This document shows positions 1 to 12,660 of a stretch of 64,000 nt of DNA, one piece after another. Numbering within the stretch: position 1 is the first letter of the stretch; each line of letters opens with the position of its first letter. The notes beneath the pieces were generated by a model. That model saw only the letters and a program-made list of their open reading frames with translations, was not told where the DNA came from and made no database searches. This DNA comes from Octopus vulgaris (Eukaryota): contig OX597824.1 of the NCBI GenBank assembly GCA_951406725.2, forward strand, positions 54,126,001 through 54,190,000. The letters are read 5' to 3'. A program made the position numbers and the translations under genes.

Positions 1-428
1 TTATGGAAATATGTGAGTGGATCTTCTTAGTTAATACCGCGGCATTGTTGTCGTTTTGGAGGGGCTGGATGGGTGCATGCATGTAAGTGCAATCAGTTGG
101 GTTTCCATGTATATAGTTACGATTATACCTCTTATATTATTTATTTATTTATTTATGTTTTTGGCTGTGTTTGTGGCTATGTATGTGTATGAGTGTATGT
201 GTGTGTGTATACATATAATTATGTATGTATGTGCGATGGATCTGTGGATGTGCATGTGCGTATGTGCGTTTCTTGACTAACTAACCGTAAAATTTCCTTT
301 GTGATTCAAATTTAAAACTATAAGCCAATCGAATCAATCTAGAATAATCAATATCAAGCGGACAGAGGAATTAGACTTATTGATATGTAGATGTCCGCTT
401 GATGTACATGGTACAGTCATGGTTGTTA

Positions 429-487
<59 letters not shown>

Positions 488-813
488 ATTAATTTTTATT
501 GACTTTTTGTAGGGTTATAATTTTATGAACTGAACTGTGTGTTTTTTTAATTTTTTTTATGTATATATGTCTGATTTAAATTTAAATGTGAGTGTGCATA
601 TATTTTCCTTGATGTTAGTTATGGAACTAGGAGTCCAATATGTAAAATAACTGTGTTTGTTAATGTATATTGATATATTTTGTTTATTTTGTATTATTGT
701 ATTAATGTGTATATATATATGTGTAGTATTATGAGTGTCTATGCACACATTTTTATATATTATATTTTTATATTTATATGTAAAATTTTTTTCACACTTA
801 TATTAAATTAAAT

Positions 814-924
814 TCTCTGAAGAGGCCGTGGGACATCCTTGTTAATGTCTCATTTATACCTGCCTTATATGGCTTATAGGTTAAATGAGGCATACTTGTC
901 CTCACGGCCGAAACAGCTGTCAGA
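814..924 (+). ncRNA. Type I hammerhead ribozyme (Penelope-type, long stem II)
   Basis: TCT-CTGAAGA(817-823)-GGCCGTG...CACGGCC-GAAAC-AGCT-GTC-AGA; palindromic stem III ACAGCTGT; predicted cleavage after C921. Confidence 0.85.
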
Positions 925-1093
925 TATGATGTAATTGTATTTTATATTTCTATTTCCTTGTCTAATTATATTTACAATATATTTTGTATAATGTCTTTGC
1001 TGTTATGTAATGGTGTAATAAAGTATTGATTGGGTATTATCTGATGGTTGATGTTTGATTGATTTAAGTATGTTTCTCCATTTTCTAATTTTG

Positions 1094-1279
<186 letters not shown>

Positions 1280-1791
1280 TACGATAAATCTAACAACCGT
1301 ATGTTTACTCTGCAACAAACCGGTGTTATAAATTTTAAGTTACCCATGAAATAATTATCTGACTTAGTAACATACTGATATTTAAAAATATATTTATATC
1401 TAAATTAAATATTTTATGGAATGCATGGATGGTTCTTTTTTGTTATTGAGGCACAGTTATAATTTTGAAGGACTAAATGGTAGCATAGTTGCTTCCCTTT
1501 TTTGTTTATCTAAGTGCTAGTTGTTGCTTGTGATTATGTATGTGTATAAGTGTATGTATATACATATAACTATGTGTGTATGTGCGATTGATCTGTAGAT
1601 GCGTGTGTGAATATTGGCGTTCCCTGACTAACCAACCGTATAATTTTCTTTTGTGATTTAAATTTCAAACCAATAGCCAATCGAATTAATCTAAATTTTC
1701 TTTACCTAGTGGTCAGCATTTCTTAACTCATAGTTATTTCGATCTTGAAAGGATGGACTTGGTGCTAACTTAATTGTATCTATTTTTATTA

Positions 1792-1850
<59 letters not shown>

Positions 1851-1940
1851 ATTAATAGTAATTTTTATTAACTTTTATAGCTTTAGAATTTTATGAACTG
1901 TAACATGGTTTTAATTATTATTTTTCATCTCCATATGTGT

Positions 1941-1980
<40 letters not shown>

Positions 1981-2212
1981 CTATTAGCCAAAATATGTAT
2001 AATATCGGTACTTATTAATATTAATATATACACTGTTATATATTTTGTTTTATTTTGTTCTGTTTACCTTCCTTTTTGTACAAATGTGTATTATATTATA
2101 TAAGTGTAGCATTATGATGTATAAGTTTTTATATTTTACATTTTTATATTTTTATATTTATATGTATATGATTATATAATATTTTTCACTATTATAACAA
2201 ATTTAATTTAAT

Positions 2213-2320
2213 TCTCTGAAGAGCCGTGGGGCATCCTTGTTAATGCCTCATTTATACCTGCCTTTATGGCTTATAGGTTAAATGAGGTATGACTGTCCTC
2301 ACTGCCGAAACAGCTGTCAG
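2213..2320 (+). ncRNA. Second, partly degenerate hammerhead ribozyme copy
   Basis: CTGAAGA at 2216-2222 and GAAACAGCTGTC at 2307-2318; base of stem II mispaired. Confidence 0.7.
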
Positions 2321-2689
2321 TTTTGATTTATTTGCATATTATATTTGAAATTTTTTACTTATATCTCTTTATCTTTTTACTATTACTGTATATCTCATTT
2401 CATTTTATATATTGCCTTTACTCATATGTAATGGTGTATTAAAGTATGGATTGAGTATCATCGGATAGTTGATGTTTTACTGATTTAAGTATGTTTCTCC
2501 ATTCTCTAATTTTGTAGTATTAATTTACGGTAATATTATTACCTTTACCCATATAATACAATAGATGAACTGATTGTTTGACAATTTTTAACATCTATGT
2601 ATTAATTTTGTTGGGTACCTATCTAGCAGTATATTGGATATATATTATCCCATGGTGGGTTGAATTTTCAACCCTATCTCATTTTATAA

Positions 2690-3088
<399 letters not shown>

Positions 3089-3188
3089 NNNNNNNNNNNN
3101 NNNNNNNNNNNNNNNNNNNNNNNNNNNNNNNNNNNNNNNNNNNNNNNNNNNNNNNNNNNNNNNNNNNNNNNNNNNNNNNNNNNNNNNN
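3089..3188. other. Assembly gap (100 N)
   Basis: Run of N. Confidence 0.99.
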
Positions 3189-4167
3189 CATGTAGAGGAA
3201 AGTCTGAGTAAAAGCAAAGTGACTGTCATATCGTGTAGAGGAACAGATTGTTATTGAAATTTACAAGAATCGCAGATAAGTTCGATTTTTTGGAGATCCG
3301 ATGAAAAAGTCTTGAACTTACAAAATATGTGTATGTCCTTATAGTTCATAATCCAGTTTTGTGAAGAGATTTAGGGTACAACCATGCGAAAAATATCAGG
3401 GAATCCGAATGAGAAGCAAAATGACAGTCTTATATTGTAGCGGTTCAGGTTGTTAATGAATTTATCAAGAATCACAGAAAGAGGAGGAAGGAGGTAGAAA
3501 TTTAATCAGTTACTGCTATTTAAGCTGTCAAAGAGAAAGGAAAGGGGAAGCTAAGGGGATGGGCACAAGTTGATACTAACAGAAAAGTCTAAGTTTGTTT
3601 AGAACAAAATTCGAACTGAGGTCAACAATTTATTTCTTTATTTATAAATGTTACTATTAATAGATTGTCAGGTTACAAAGAGGTCATTAGAAAGGAAAGA
3701 AAAATGGGGTTGTTTTTAAATGAAATTAAACAATTATATTATTATTATACTATACTATAATACACTACACTATATTATATTATATTATTTTGATATATTA
3801 TATCACATCACAATACACTACGATAGGTCTGGGATTAGCAGAATTAATTTTTAGTGTAAAAGAAATTAAGAGATTTAACTAACTAATATTTGTAATGGGT
3901 TAAAAAATAGACTAAGAAATGGAGATAAAAATAGAGCAAAATTTAATTTATTAATAATATGGTCCAATAGAAATAAATCAAATAATTTAAGTCAATAAGT
4001 ATTAAATAGTACCATCAGAGAGAGAAAAATTATAATCATAGCTAGTTAGATCTTATCTTTCTAGTTAAATATATAATATACTATGTAGGAGTGATATGTA
4101 AGTCAAAATGAATTTTATGCAAAATGATTCCAGTATACAGTTATCAATTGAGATATGATTTAAAATA

Positions 4168-7100
4168 TCATTTAAAATATTTAAGAGTCTTAACCCGAGC
4201 ATGTATACAAGAATTTCCAAGTTCAATTCTGCTGTTTAATTGAATTTCTCCATTATTTCTATACATTAGTATTTCAAATGCTTCCATGGAGCAAAGTTGG
4301 CAGCCTACTCTGCTATTTTTATAGGGTTTTGCTCTTCTGACTAATTCCCAATTAAGGTTATATTTGATATTATTGTTTTTTAGTTCCCAAATTTTACTAG
4401 AAAGAGTGGTGCTATCAGCCTTATGACGTAATTTAAAGGATGAGAGATGGTTATTCAATCTCTGTTTAAAATTTACAGTGCATCCAACATAAGAGAACTT
4501 ATTATTATCTGTGGTTACGGAGCACTTATAGATTATGTTAATTAACCCGCATAAATCAGGGGCCGGGCATTTTGATTTAATTCTGCAATTACATCTAGGG
4601 GCATTATAATTAGAGGTGGAATACCTTGAGGATAGAAGTCTTATATTACTGTTGCTCGAAGCAGAGCGGGTAAATTTATCATGATTTTGATTATTGTTAT
4701 TATCTAAAAAAACTCTATCATTATTGTAGTTAATATTATTATCTAAAATAGTATTATCATTTATAGGTATTCTTACATTTTCATTTGGTTCTAAAGCCCT
4801 ACTTTCATTATTATTATTATTGGTGCTGCTATCTAAAATAATGTTATCATTATTGCAGTTGATGTTATCTCCTAAAGTAGTATTATCATTTGTCGGTATT
4901 CCTACACTATCATTTGGTTCTATAACTCTACTATCATTGCTGATATTGTTGATGCTATTAGTATTGTTGTCGATATTGTTTTCCAGATGTGTAGTGTTGT
5001 TGCTGATAATGTTGTTACTCTCATTCACTGTACTTACATTCCTGGTATTATTCCTATTACTAACATAATCATTCCTATTTATGTTATTATTGTTATTAAC
5101 AATTCCATGGCTTTTGGTTATATTTATTTTATGACATTCATTATTGTTATTATTATTATTATTGTTGCAATTATTACTTTCCGTACTGTTATTACAATTT
5201 TCCGTTGTATTTTTATTTTTATTTATTAAATTATTTCTGGCCAGTTTTATGTTATTATTATTGATCTTAGCTATTAAAGTGGACATATTTGGGAGAGTTG
5301 AATAAGAAATTCTGACTGTTTTTTTAGAAATAATTTTATGATATCTATGAGAGGATGGGAAATTTTTTTCTAGAATTGTTTTGAATCTACCCTGAATATC
5401 TGATGAAACCGCACAGTTAAAAGGGATGTTTAGCCATATTATGTCTTTCTTATTAAATTTCTTAGAATTAGAGTTAGGGCTGCTAGAATTTTTCCCACTA
5501 GAGTTAGGGTTATTAGAATTAATCGTACCATCATCAGATTCTTTGTATTTATTAATGTTCCTGTTAGCATGTTTGCTAGTTTTGTCCAAGTTTATTTTAC
5601 CCTTATTATAAGTATTCTCTGTTATGTTTTTATTAATATTCTTAATATCATTAGGGTACTTTGCCGTTGTAAATCTATTTCTACTATCTTTTCTGGTATG
5701 GTCATTATTGTTGTCTACGTTACTAATAGTGTGTTTCTTAATTTTAATTTTATTTAAGGTTGCCTTATCAGGGCTATCTGTGTTATGGTCTATGTATTTA
5801 TCCTTATACTTATCATTACGATTAGATGTTGTATTAGATCCACATCTATGTATCTTTTCGACTTGATCATTTTTGTTGTTTATGTGGTTATTGCTGTTTA
5901 ATTTACTTAAATTATTATGATGAGTTCCTAGGTTTTCCGTATCTTCAAATGTAATTTTCTGGTTATATCCTGCTCTAGATAACGCCTCATTGTAATGTCC
6001 TGAGTGTGAGTTAAATATATTAAAATTAGATGATAATTTGGATATTCTTATGGAAATATTTCTAACTAAGGAATTTATTATATTTGGGGGATGATTAGAT
6101 AATTTATTTACGTAACTAGTGATTTCACCTTCCTTTCTAAATGGATAATGTAGTTTGGAGTTAAGGTCTAAAGTAATATCTAGAAAATTAGCTATTTTAA
6201 TGTTTGGTTCGTAGGTTATGCTAAGGTTGAAATCTTTAAAGAACCTATTAATCTTCTTTTTAATTCTTTCTATGTGTGATTTATTATTGGTATTTACAAC
6301 AAACAAAGCATCATCTCTATATAGACCACCTTGCAATTCAGGAATCTCTTTATTAATGCATTTCAGTAGATATGCTCCTACTAAATTGGTTACCTCAGCC
6401 GAATCACTTGAGCCCATAGGAATATCGAAAAAGTTAGGGGTATCAGCTCTGGTCCATAATTTTCCCTCAAACTCAATAAATGTTTTTCTAGCTAAAAGTA
6501 TAATGTTTATTTCTTCTCTAGATATGAGGGAGCGATTCATCGCGAATATAAGCGATTTATTTAATAGGATAGGGGAAATGCTAGAGTAGTAGTTATTTAT
6601 ATCGAATTGAATGAAGGCTAAATTATTCGTATTAGTTAGGGAATTAAACCATTTAAGGACCTCATCGGTATTTATCCACAGGCTTAAGGGAAGAAGTGGG
6701 GTTATTTGGGGTAAGATATTATCTAGGATAGATTTACTAAGTCGGCCAATATCCGACTTAGTTGGACAAATAAGTCTTACCGACGGGTTTTCCAGGAAAT
6801 TCTTTTTATGGTCCTTAAGATTAATCCTAGGTTCGCATGGTACAATTGGTTCAGTTCTGTCTGCTAGATCATATTTTTCCATAATAGCTTTCATTTCTAA
6901 GTTAGTTTCCTTCAATTTTCCTTTGGTAGTAGTTTTGTATTTGGAGTTAAGCTCCTTGTTAATTAGATTGCTGTAGAGTGAATAGTCTACTCTATAAAAA
7001 TTGCCCGTTTTGTCAGCTGGTACTAATATTCCTTTCTTGTTTCGAGTCGATTTTATAAATTTACTGAGATGCTTGAGGTGGTGATTATATCTTAACGGGT

Positions 7101-7383
7101 GATCCTTGAATTTAATTCTTTCTATGAGGTTGAGTAGGTCTTTTTCAAAATTATCAAGGAGTGGATTTGGAGGTGGGCTCTTCCTGCTTCTAAATATTCT
7201 GTCGAACTTCTTATTAGTAATCCTTCGTTTCGTATTCTTTCTATGTTTGATATCGAAGTGGTATGTTCTCCATCTAATCCTTCTAATGAAATCGTTTATC
7301 CTGTGAATGAGTAGCCAATAATACTCATCTTTACTATGGAGGGGGATGTCTTTAGGGGAAAACTCGAAGTTTATTTTTTCCAT
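4168..7383 (-). CDS. Penelope-like element polyprotein (reverse transcriptase + GIY-YIG endonuclease), 1071 aa, Naiad-like
   Basis: PADKTG, FDINNYYSSI, PMGS and GLYRDD RT motifs; CNC..CP..C; IIY...YVG...FKQRLNNH GIY-YIG; CQLC...C-x-H; uninterrupted frame. Clade assignment is inferred from motifs. Confidence 0.93.
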   Translation of the reverse strand: MEKINFEFSPKDIPLHSKDEYYWLLIHRINDFIRRIRWRTYHFDIKHRKNTKRRITNKKFDRIFRSRKSPPPNPLLDNFEKDLLNLIERIKFKDHPLRYNHHLKHLSKFIKSTRNKKGILVPADKTGNFYRVDYSLYSNLINKELNSKYKTTTKGKLKETNLEMKAIMEKYDLADRTEPIVPCEPRINLKDHKKNFLENPSVRLICPTKSDIGRLSKSILDNILPQITPLLPLSLWINTDEVLKWFNSLTNTNNLAFIQFDINNYYSSISPILLNKSLIFAMNRSLISREEINIILLARKTFIEFEGKLWTRADTPNFFDIPMGSSDSAEVTNLVGAYLLKCINKEIPELQGGLYRDDALFVVNTNNKSHIERIKKKINRFFKDFNLSITYEPNIKIANFLDITLDLNSKLHYPFRKEGEITSYVNKLSNHPPNIINSLVRNISIRISKLSSNFNIFNSHSGHYNEALSRAGYNQKITFEDTENLGTHHNNLSKLNSNNHINNKNDQVEKIHRCGSNTTSNRNDKYKDKYIDHNTDSPDKATLNKIKIKKHTISNVDNNNDHTRKDSRNRFTTAKYPNDIKNINKNITENTYNKGKINLDKTSKHANRNINKYKESDDGTINSNNPNSSGKNSSSPNSNSKKFNKKDIIWLNIPFNCAVSSDIQGRFKTILEKNFPSSHRYHKIISKKTVRISYSTLPNMSTLIAKINNNNIKLARNNLINKNKNTTENCNNSTESNNCNNNNNNNNNECHKINITKSHGIVNNNNNINRNDYVSNRNNTRNVSTVNESNNIISNNTTHLENNIDNNTNSINNISNDSRVIEPNDSVGIPTNDNTTLGDNINCNNDNIILDSSTNNNNNESRALEPNENVRIPINDNTILDNNINYNNDRVFLDNNNNQNHDKFTRSASSNSNIRLLSSRYSTSNYNAPRCNCRIKSKCPAPDLCGLINIIYKCSVTTDNNKFSYVGCTVNFKQRLNNHLSSFKLRHKADSTTLSSKIWELKNNNIKYNLNWELVRRAKPYKNSRVGCQLCSMEAFEILMYRNNGEIQLNSRIELGNSCIHARVKTLKYFK

Positions 7384-7587
7384 TCTTGCTGAGAAGTTAA
7401 GGACCGGAAAAACATACAGATAGTATGGGAATATATTCGGTTAAGTAATTGAGATTCTAGTGAATTCTAAAGAATTCACATGAATATGGTCCTTAACTAG
7501 GATGCACCGGAAATCTATATGGTGTTAACCATACGACAAGTGGGGTGATTACAAATAGGAAAAAAGCAACAAGAATGGATTAAAATC

Positions 7588-7671
7588 TCGGTACGATCGT
7601 TTCATACGAGGACATCTTTAATAAGCTACAAAAAATGCAGTGAATACAGATGGCTCGTACTCGTCAGCCGA
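7588..7671 (-). ncRNA. Intact type I hammerhead ribozyme upstream of the Penelope ORF
   Basis: Minus strand TCGG-CTGACGA-GTACGAG...CTCGTAT-GAAAC-GATC-GTA-CCGA; palindromic stem III ACGATCGT; predicted cleavage between 7592 and 7591. Confidence 0.9.
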
Positions 7672-8234
7672 AAAAACATCAGAGAATTCCCAAACATCAA
7701 AAGGGGTAGATACAAAAGAGGTTGTAAGATTAGCTGCATTGAAGAAAGTTCGATTCATGGAGATCCGATGAAAGGTATTAAACCTATAAAATTTATGCAT
7801 GTCTACATATAGCTCATATTGAATATTTGATCAAGTTGTGTGAAGAAATTTTCGGATACAGTCATGCAAAATTTCTGAAAATCCGAGTAAGAGGCAAAGT
7901 GACTGCCATATCAATACACACATGTATTATACAAACTAAGGGACATCCAACAAGAGGAAAGAGCTTCTCTGAGCATTTTCAGTAATTAATTGTGAGTATA
8001 TTATTTTGAAATATTTTTGAATATAAATATTTATTTTGTGAAGAAACTGGTAAAGAAGATTTTTCTAAAAAATAGTTAGTCTAAAACAACTGTGTTTTGG
8101 CAGAATTGCAGAATATTTTTGCTTTGCCTTAATTAAACTGCAATTAAAATAGCTTTCCAGGGAGCAATATAAGCCAAATTAAATTCTCTTTTTTTTTTTT
8201 TTGACATTCTTTTTTACTGGGATGATATTAATTT

Positions 8235-8408
8235 CAAATTTTGGCACAAAGTCAGTAATTTGGGGGTAGGAGATAAGTCAATTACATCAACCCTAGGGCT
8301 TATTTAATTGACCCCACAAGGATGAAAGGCAAAGTTGACTTTGGCAGAATTTGAACTCAGAGAATGAAGACGGATGAAGTGTCACTAAGCACTTTTCCTG
8401 GTGTGCTT
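8235..8408 (-). mobile_element. tRNA-type SINE (family A) fragment
   Basis: B-box-like gagttcaaattc followed by ctttgcctttcatcc; related copies near 39430, 42255 and 48165. Confidence 0.7.
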
Positions 8409-9099
8409 TTACTGGGATGATATTTAAATTACTTAATGTTTGCAAAAATTTGTTTTAAACAAAATATTTTGTGCCATTCCTATAAAGCTTTTCATTTAAG
8501 TGTTTGGCTTATAACCATGACTAAAAAATCTATAATCTGTTGATTGGTAAGCCATTCATATTATTTAGCAGCTCATTGGATTAACAAAGAGAGGGAATCA
8601 GTTTTGCTTTGCTATGCTTAGGGGAAAAGAAGTTAACAAAACTTTTGAATATGTGTCTAGCCATCCTCTGAAAGGAAGTGAAATTGGTTAACAAGACAAT
8701 ATCAAGTGAATGAACATTATCCCTAAAAAAGGAACATTCACTGACAATTGACATTGCTTATTAATGAAATTTTTATTGTAGTTGTTGCAAACTTTCATGA
8801 GGAACTTAACTCAATGCTGCAAACCTTCATAACACTCATTAATTATACAATCTTCCTCCACCCTCCAAAACATTGAACAATTGTTTATTACTGGTGGTAG
8901 CTAGCACCAAAAGAAAAGGGAACAAACAAATGCAGTAGTATTATCAAAATCATTGAGTATAAGATAAATTAATATCATTATAAATTCACATTCACAAATG
9001 GTTTCAATATAGAGTAATGATGTGGTACTAATGCTTGCTCTATCTGCTTTTGATTATTTGAAATTTTCTTCTAAGGAAGATTTCAAATATTGTTGGTAT

Positions 9100-10980
9100 G
9101 TAGATGATAAAAACAAATTCACATTTTAAACTTCACATTTTTACTGTTCCAATTACAGATTGTAATGTGCAAATTAACTGGATGATTTTTTTTCACTTAA
9201 GCATTTACTCACAAAATCAAGTGTACCAATTATTATTGGCATAAATGTAAATTTATCATCTGGATATAGAAGCTGGAGGTTTCTAAGCAGTTGTCTGCAG
9301 TTATCTTCTTTGATTTTTGAAGAGATATTCACATCAGCAGGGCAGCTGACCTCTATGACAGCACACACTTTTTTTTTACTGTCCCAAACAATATCTAGTC
9401 TATTATGTTTATACTTGATGTGTCAATGTTTGTGTATGTATTTAATAACAGGTGGGTTTTCTATTTTTATTCCAGGACACTCTATTTTCTAATAGCATTG
9501 TGACAACACCATGTCACCATTTTTCAAATAGCATTAGTGACAACACCATGTCACATAGGGAGACAGTACTTTGATAACATTTTGGGGCAACTGCCGATCA
9601 CTTGTGTGATGTCTTCCCCAGAATCTTTTTTTTGGCTGCATCTTTAGGCTCCAAGGGCTTCAGTATTGCTTTTGTTTGCTAGGTATTTTGTAGCAGTCTC
9701 CTGTTCATAGACTGCAAATGCATGGCCTTTGAAGTGTAATGTAGTGTACCAGTCAGGAGTTCAAGAGAGGCTGCACTTCATGTTGATATTAATGTTTTCT
9801 TTCAATCATTGAGAAACATACCCAAGCACAGTTTCTTCTTTCTCTTTTTTTTTGGTATATTGAGTGTTTCACATCCAGGTCTTCTTTGAAGTATGTTAGT
9901 CTGGCTGTCTTGGTGTTGTATGGGAGGTCAGCAGGAAAAGAGTGCTTCCTGAGGAGCTCAGTGCCAACATGTAGGATATTGTTTTCTTCACTTTTCAGCA
10001 CTAAGTGTATGTATTCATTGTTTCTGCTGCTGTTTAGCAGGCACTGTCGGAGAGAAACTATATTTGACATTTGAAGGCTATCTGCATTGATCTTCTTCAT
10101 CGCTTCTTAGTTCGACCTTTTATTATCACTGTTTCTAAGGAAATTTCCAGTTGATGTCAGGATCTTGTTGGTTTTAATGTCTATGGAGTGGATTTCCTCT
10201 ACGAACCAGTCAAGTATCCCACATGTTGAAATCAGTACTGATACTGAAAATATATTGTAGGGTATTATTTTGTTGTAAGAGGAGTGTTCCAGCTACCATA
10301 TTTTCCTAAGTCTGGTATAATATTCTCAGGTTACAATAACTTTATTCACAGCATCTTCAATGGCTATGTTTTAATCAATTCCTAGATATTTGTAGCATTC
10401 TTTGTGTGGAACAGGAGTGATAGCAAAACTGTTGATGTACAGGTTCTGAGTCTAGGGGACAGATTTCCCACATTCAACAATCAAATACAAATATTTCTTT
10501 TGGCCAAATTCCATTCCTGTGTCAGCTGAAAATGTTGTTATTAACTCCAACTGTTATTTTGGCATTGTTAACATTTTTAATATAAATCTTCTGGCCATCC
10601 ACAAAGAAATTATGGGTTAGATATTTCTAGCAGTTGGGTTAAATATTTCCAGCAGTTGCAGACCCAAGAATGGGGCCATTTGATTTTTGTGGCAGGAATG
10701 ATAATGGATTTAATGTCAAAATGAACAGAATTACTACTTCCTTGGAATATTCCTTTCGAAATATTTATAACATTGAAGACAATTGTTCTGTTCCTAGTTG
10801 TAAGTGTGAAAATCATTGCTCAAGTCTTTGTGAGGTAGCAGAAACTTTTGCCTGACATAAACACTTCAGCAGTCATAAATGGAGAATAGAATCAAATGTT
10901 TTCCCCACAATCAAGCTATACTATAACAAGGTTTCTATAGTGTTTACTTTGGCCAATATAGCACTGGTTATGAAAAGTTG
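9100..10980 (-). mobile_element. Decayed non-LTR retrotransposon with restriction-like endonuclease (R4/Dong-like)
   Basis: Fragments KGIFQG and DTGMEFG (RT) and CAVIEVSCPADVN...YPDDKFTFMPIIIGTL (PD-D/ExK RLE); many stops and frameshifts. Confidence 0.75.
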
Positions 10981-12265
10981 GATGGTTTGTTAGGATCTGA
11001 CAAATTTGAGAACTGGATTGAAATTCAATGTCTACTTTGGCATGGTTCCTAAAATGGGATACCCTTCCTTATGCCAACCACCTTACAGAGTGTACTGGGT
11101 ACTAGTTTTGTGGCATCAGCACTAGTGAGGCTACTATGTAGCTTATAAGACTAATATCTCTTTCAACTGAGTAGATTACACTGGAGAAAGATGTATGCTA
11201 GATCAGAGGTTAAAGTATGAAAGAAGGGACTAGAACAGAACAGATTTCTAGCTGTAGAAGAGCTGCATGGCTATTCATATTAAAAAGGCAGGATAGGAGT
11301 GACCATGGTGGAGCTGGAAAGGGCCCAGTTGTTCGTATATATGTATACACTGTGCTTCTAGAATCTCAGTCTCCCTGAGATGGGTGGGTTTTCTTGAGTG
11401 CTATATATTACTGGTCTGGGTTTTATTCAGTGCTACATATTACTGGTCATCCTGGTTCTCTGTCATTTCCTCCATGAGGTCCAATGTCCTGAGATCAGCC
11501 TTCACCACTTCATCTCATGTTTTCCTGAGTCTTCTTCTTCCACAAGCTCCATCCAACTTAAGTGATTGGCACTTCTCTATACAACTGTTTTCATCCATAT
11601 ACATCACATGTCCATACTAGCATAATCTTCTTTCTTGCACACTACATCTGTTTCCTCTAATGTCCAACTTTTCTCTCAACACATTTGTACATTGTCATTC
11701 ATGCACACTTACCTTACACATCCAATAGAGCATGCCCACTTCATTTCTTTTTAGTCTTCTCATGTCCTTTTCATTCAAGCCCATGTTTCACTGCTATGCA
11801 GCATCACATTTCTAACACACGTTTCATACAATTTGCCCATCACTCTGTGGGAAAATACCTTTGTTTCTAGCAGAAGTAGTAGCTCTCTGAATTTTCTCGA
11901 ACTCATTTTTACCCTGGCAACTGTACTATTAGAACAACTACCTCCCCAACTAATTATATCTCCAAGGGAACAAAAGCTATCAACTAATTCTTGTGAACCA
12001 TTCCAGGTATTTAAGAGAACCTAATTCCAGTGTGCTCATTGGTTATATTGTTCCAGTACATCTGCCATAAATGAAGCTTTCTTTCTTAATTAGTTTGCCT
12101 GTGATTCCATTACTTCTCTTGTATGTCCATAGCTTACATTGGGTACAGTGCATGGAGTTTATACCAAATCCTTTCTGCATACTGAGTAAGGCCATTTCCT
12201 TGAAGATACCAGAGTCCTGTCTTCTTTCTTATTTACTAAAGCCTTTGCTTTTGTTAAAGTTTGGG
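10975..12265 (-). mobile_element. Old RTE LINE 3' fragment
   Basis: Degenerate similarity to 20000-20900 and 57500-58300 (CIQCKLWTY region, WDEVVK region, 3' motif). Confidence 0.7.
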
Positions 12266-12660
12266 TAAATTTTATTATTCATACTATGTACTAATTACAA
12301 ATTTAGAGTTAAACGCAAAAAACCTCAAGAAGTATTTGCATATATTTAACCAATTTATTACAGTATCACTTGCAACATTTCATGGAAAACTAAGGTACTC
12401 TATGGTTATTTAATGTATTACATTTTTACTTCCTCCACTTCCCTCTACTATACTTAACTCTGTCTCCTTAACATACCTTTTTTTGTAGCTGTTTGAGGAA
12501 TATATCTATCTACCTGCCTATCTAGTTTATTTACTCTTCTCCTTTGTCAGCTTTCCTTTTTGACTTCTTACTTATCACATCAGCCCTCTTGCTAGGTGAT
12601 CCCTCACCTCACCAAATCATTCCCTCAGCTTCAGTTTTAGCCTTAATTTCTTCACTTTCT

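Larger units (their letters stand above)
3189..7912 (-). mobile_element. Penelope-like retroelement, apparently near full length, with direct pLTR-like repeats
   Basis: RT+GIY-YIG ORF; ~7745-7912 is similar to ~3280-3435 (ggagatccgatgaaa...gtgaaga...gcaaagtgactg); hammerhead upstream of the ORF; 3' end runs into the gap. Confidence 0.9.

Noticed and set aside
260-345. Possible GIY-YIG C-terminal remnant (FKFKT...RINL) in the pLTR units
   Set aside because: Requires frameshifts and is too short to support
4820-7306. Leu/Ile-rich plus-strand ORFs opposite the Penelope ORF
   Set aside because: Antisense shadows of an Asn/Lys-rich coding frame
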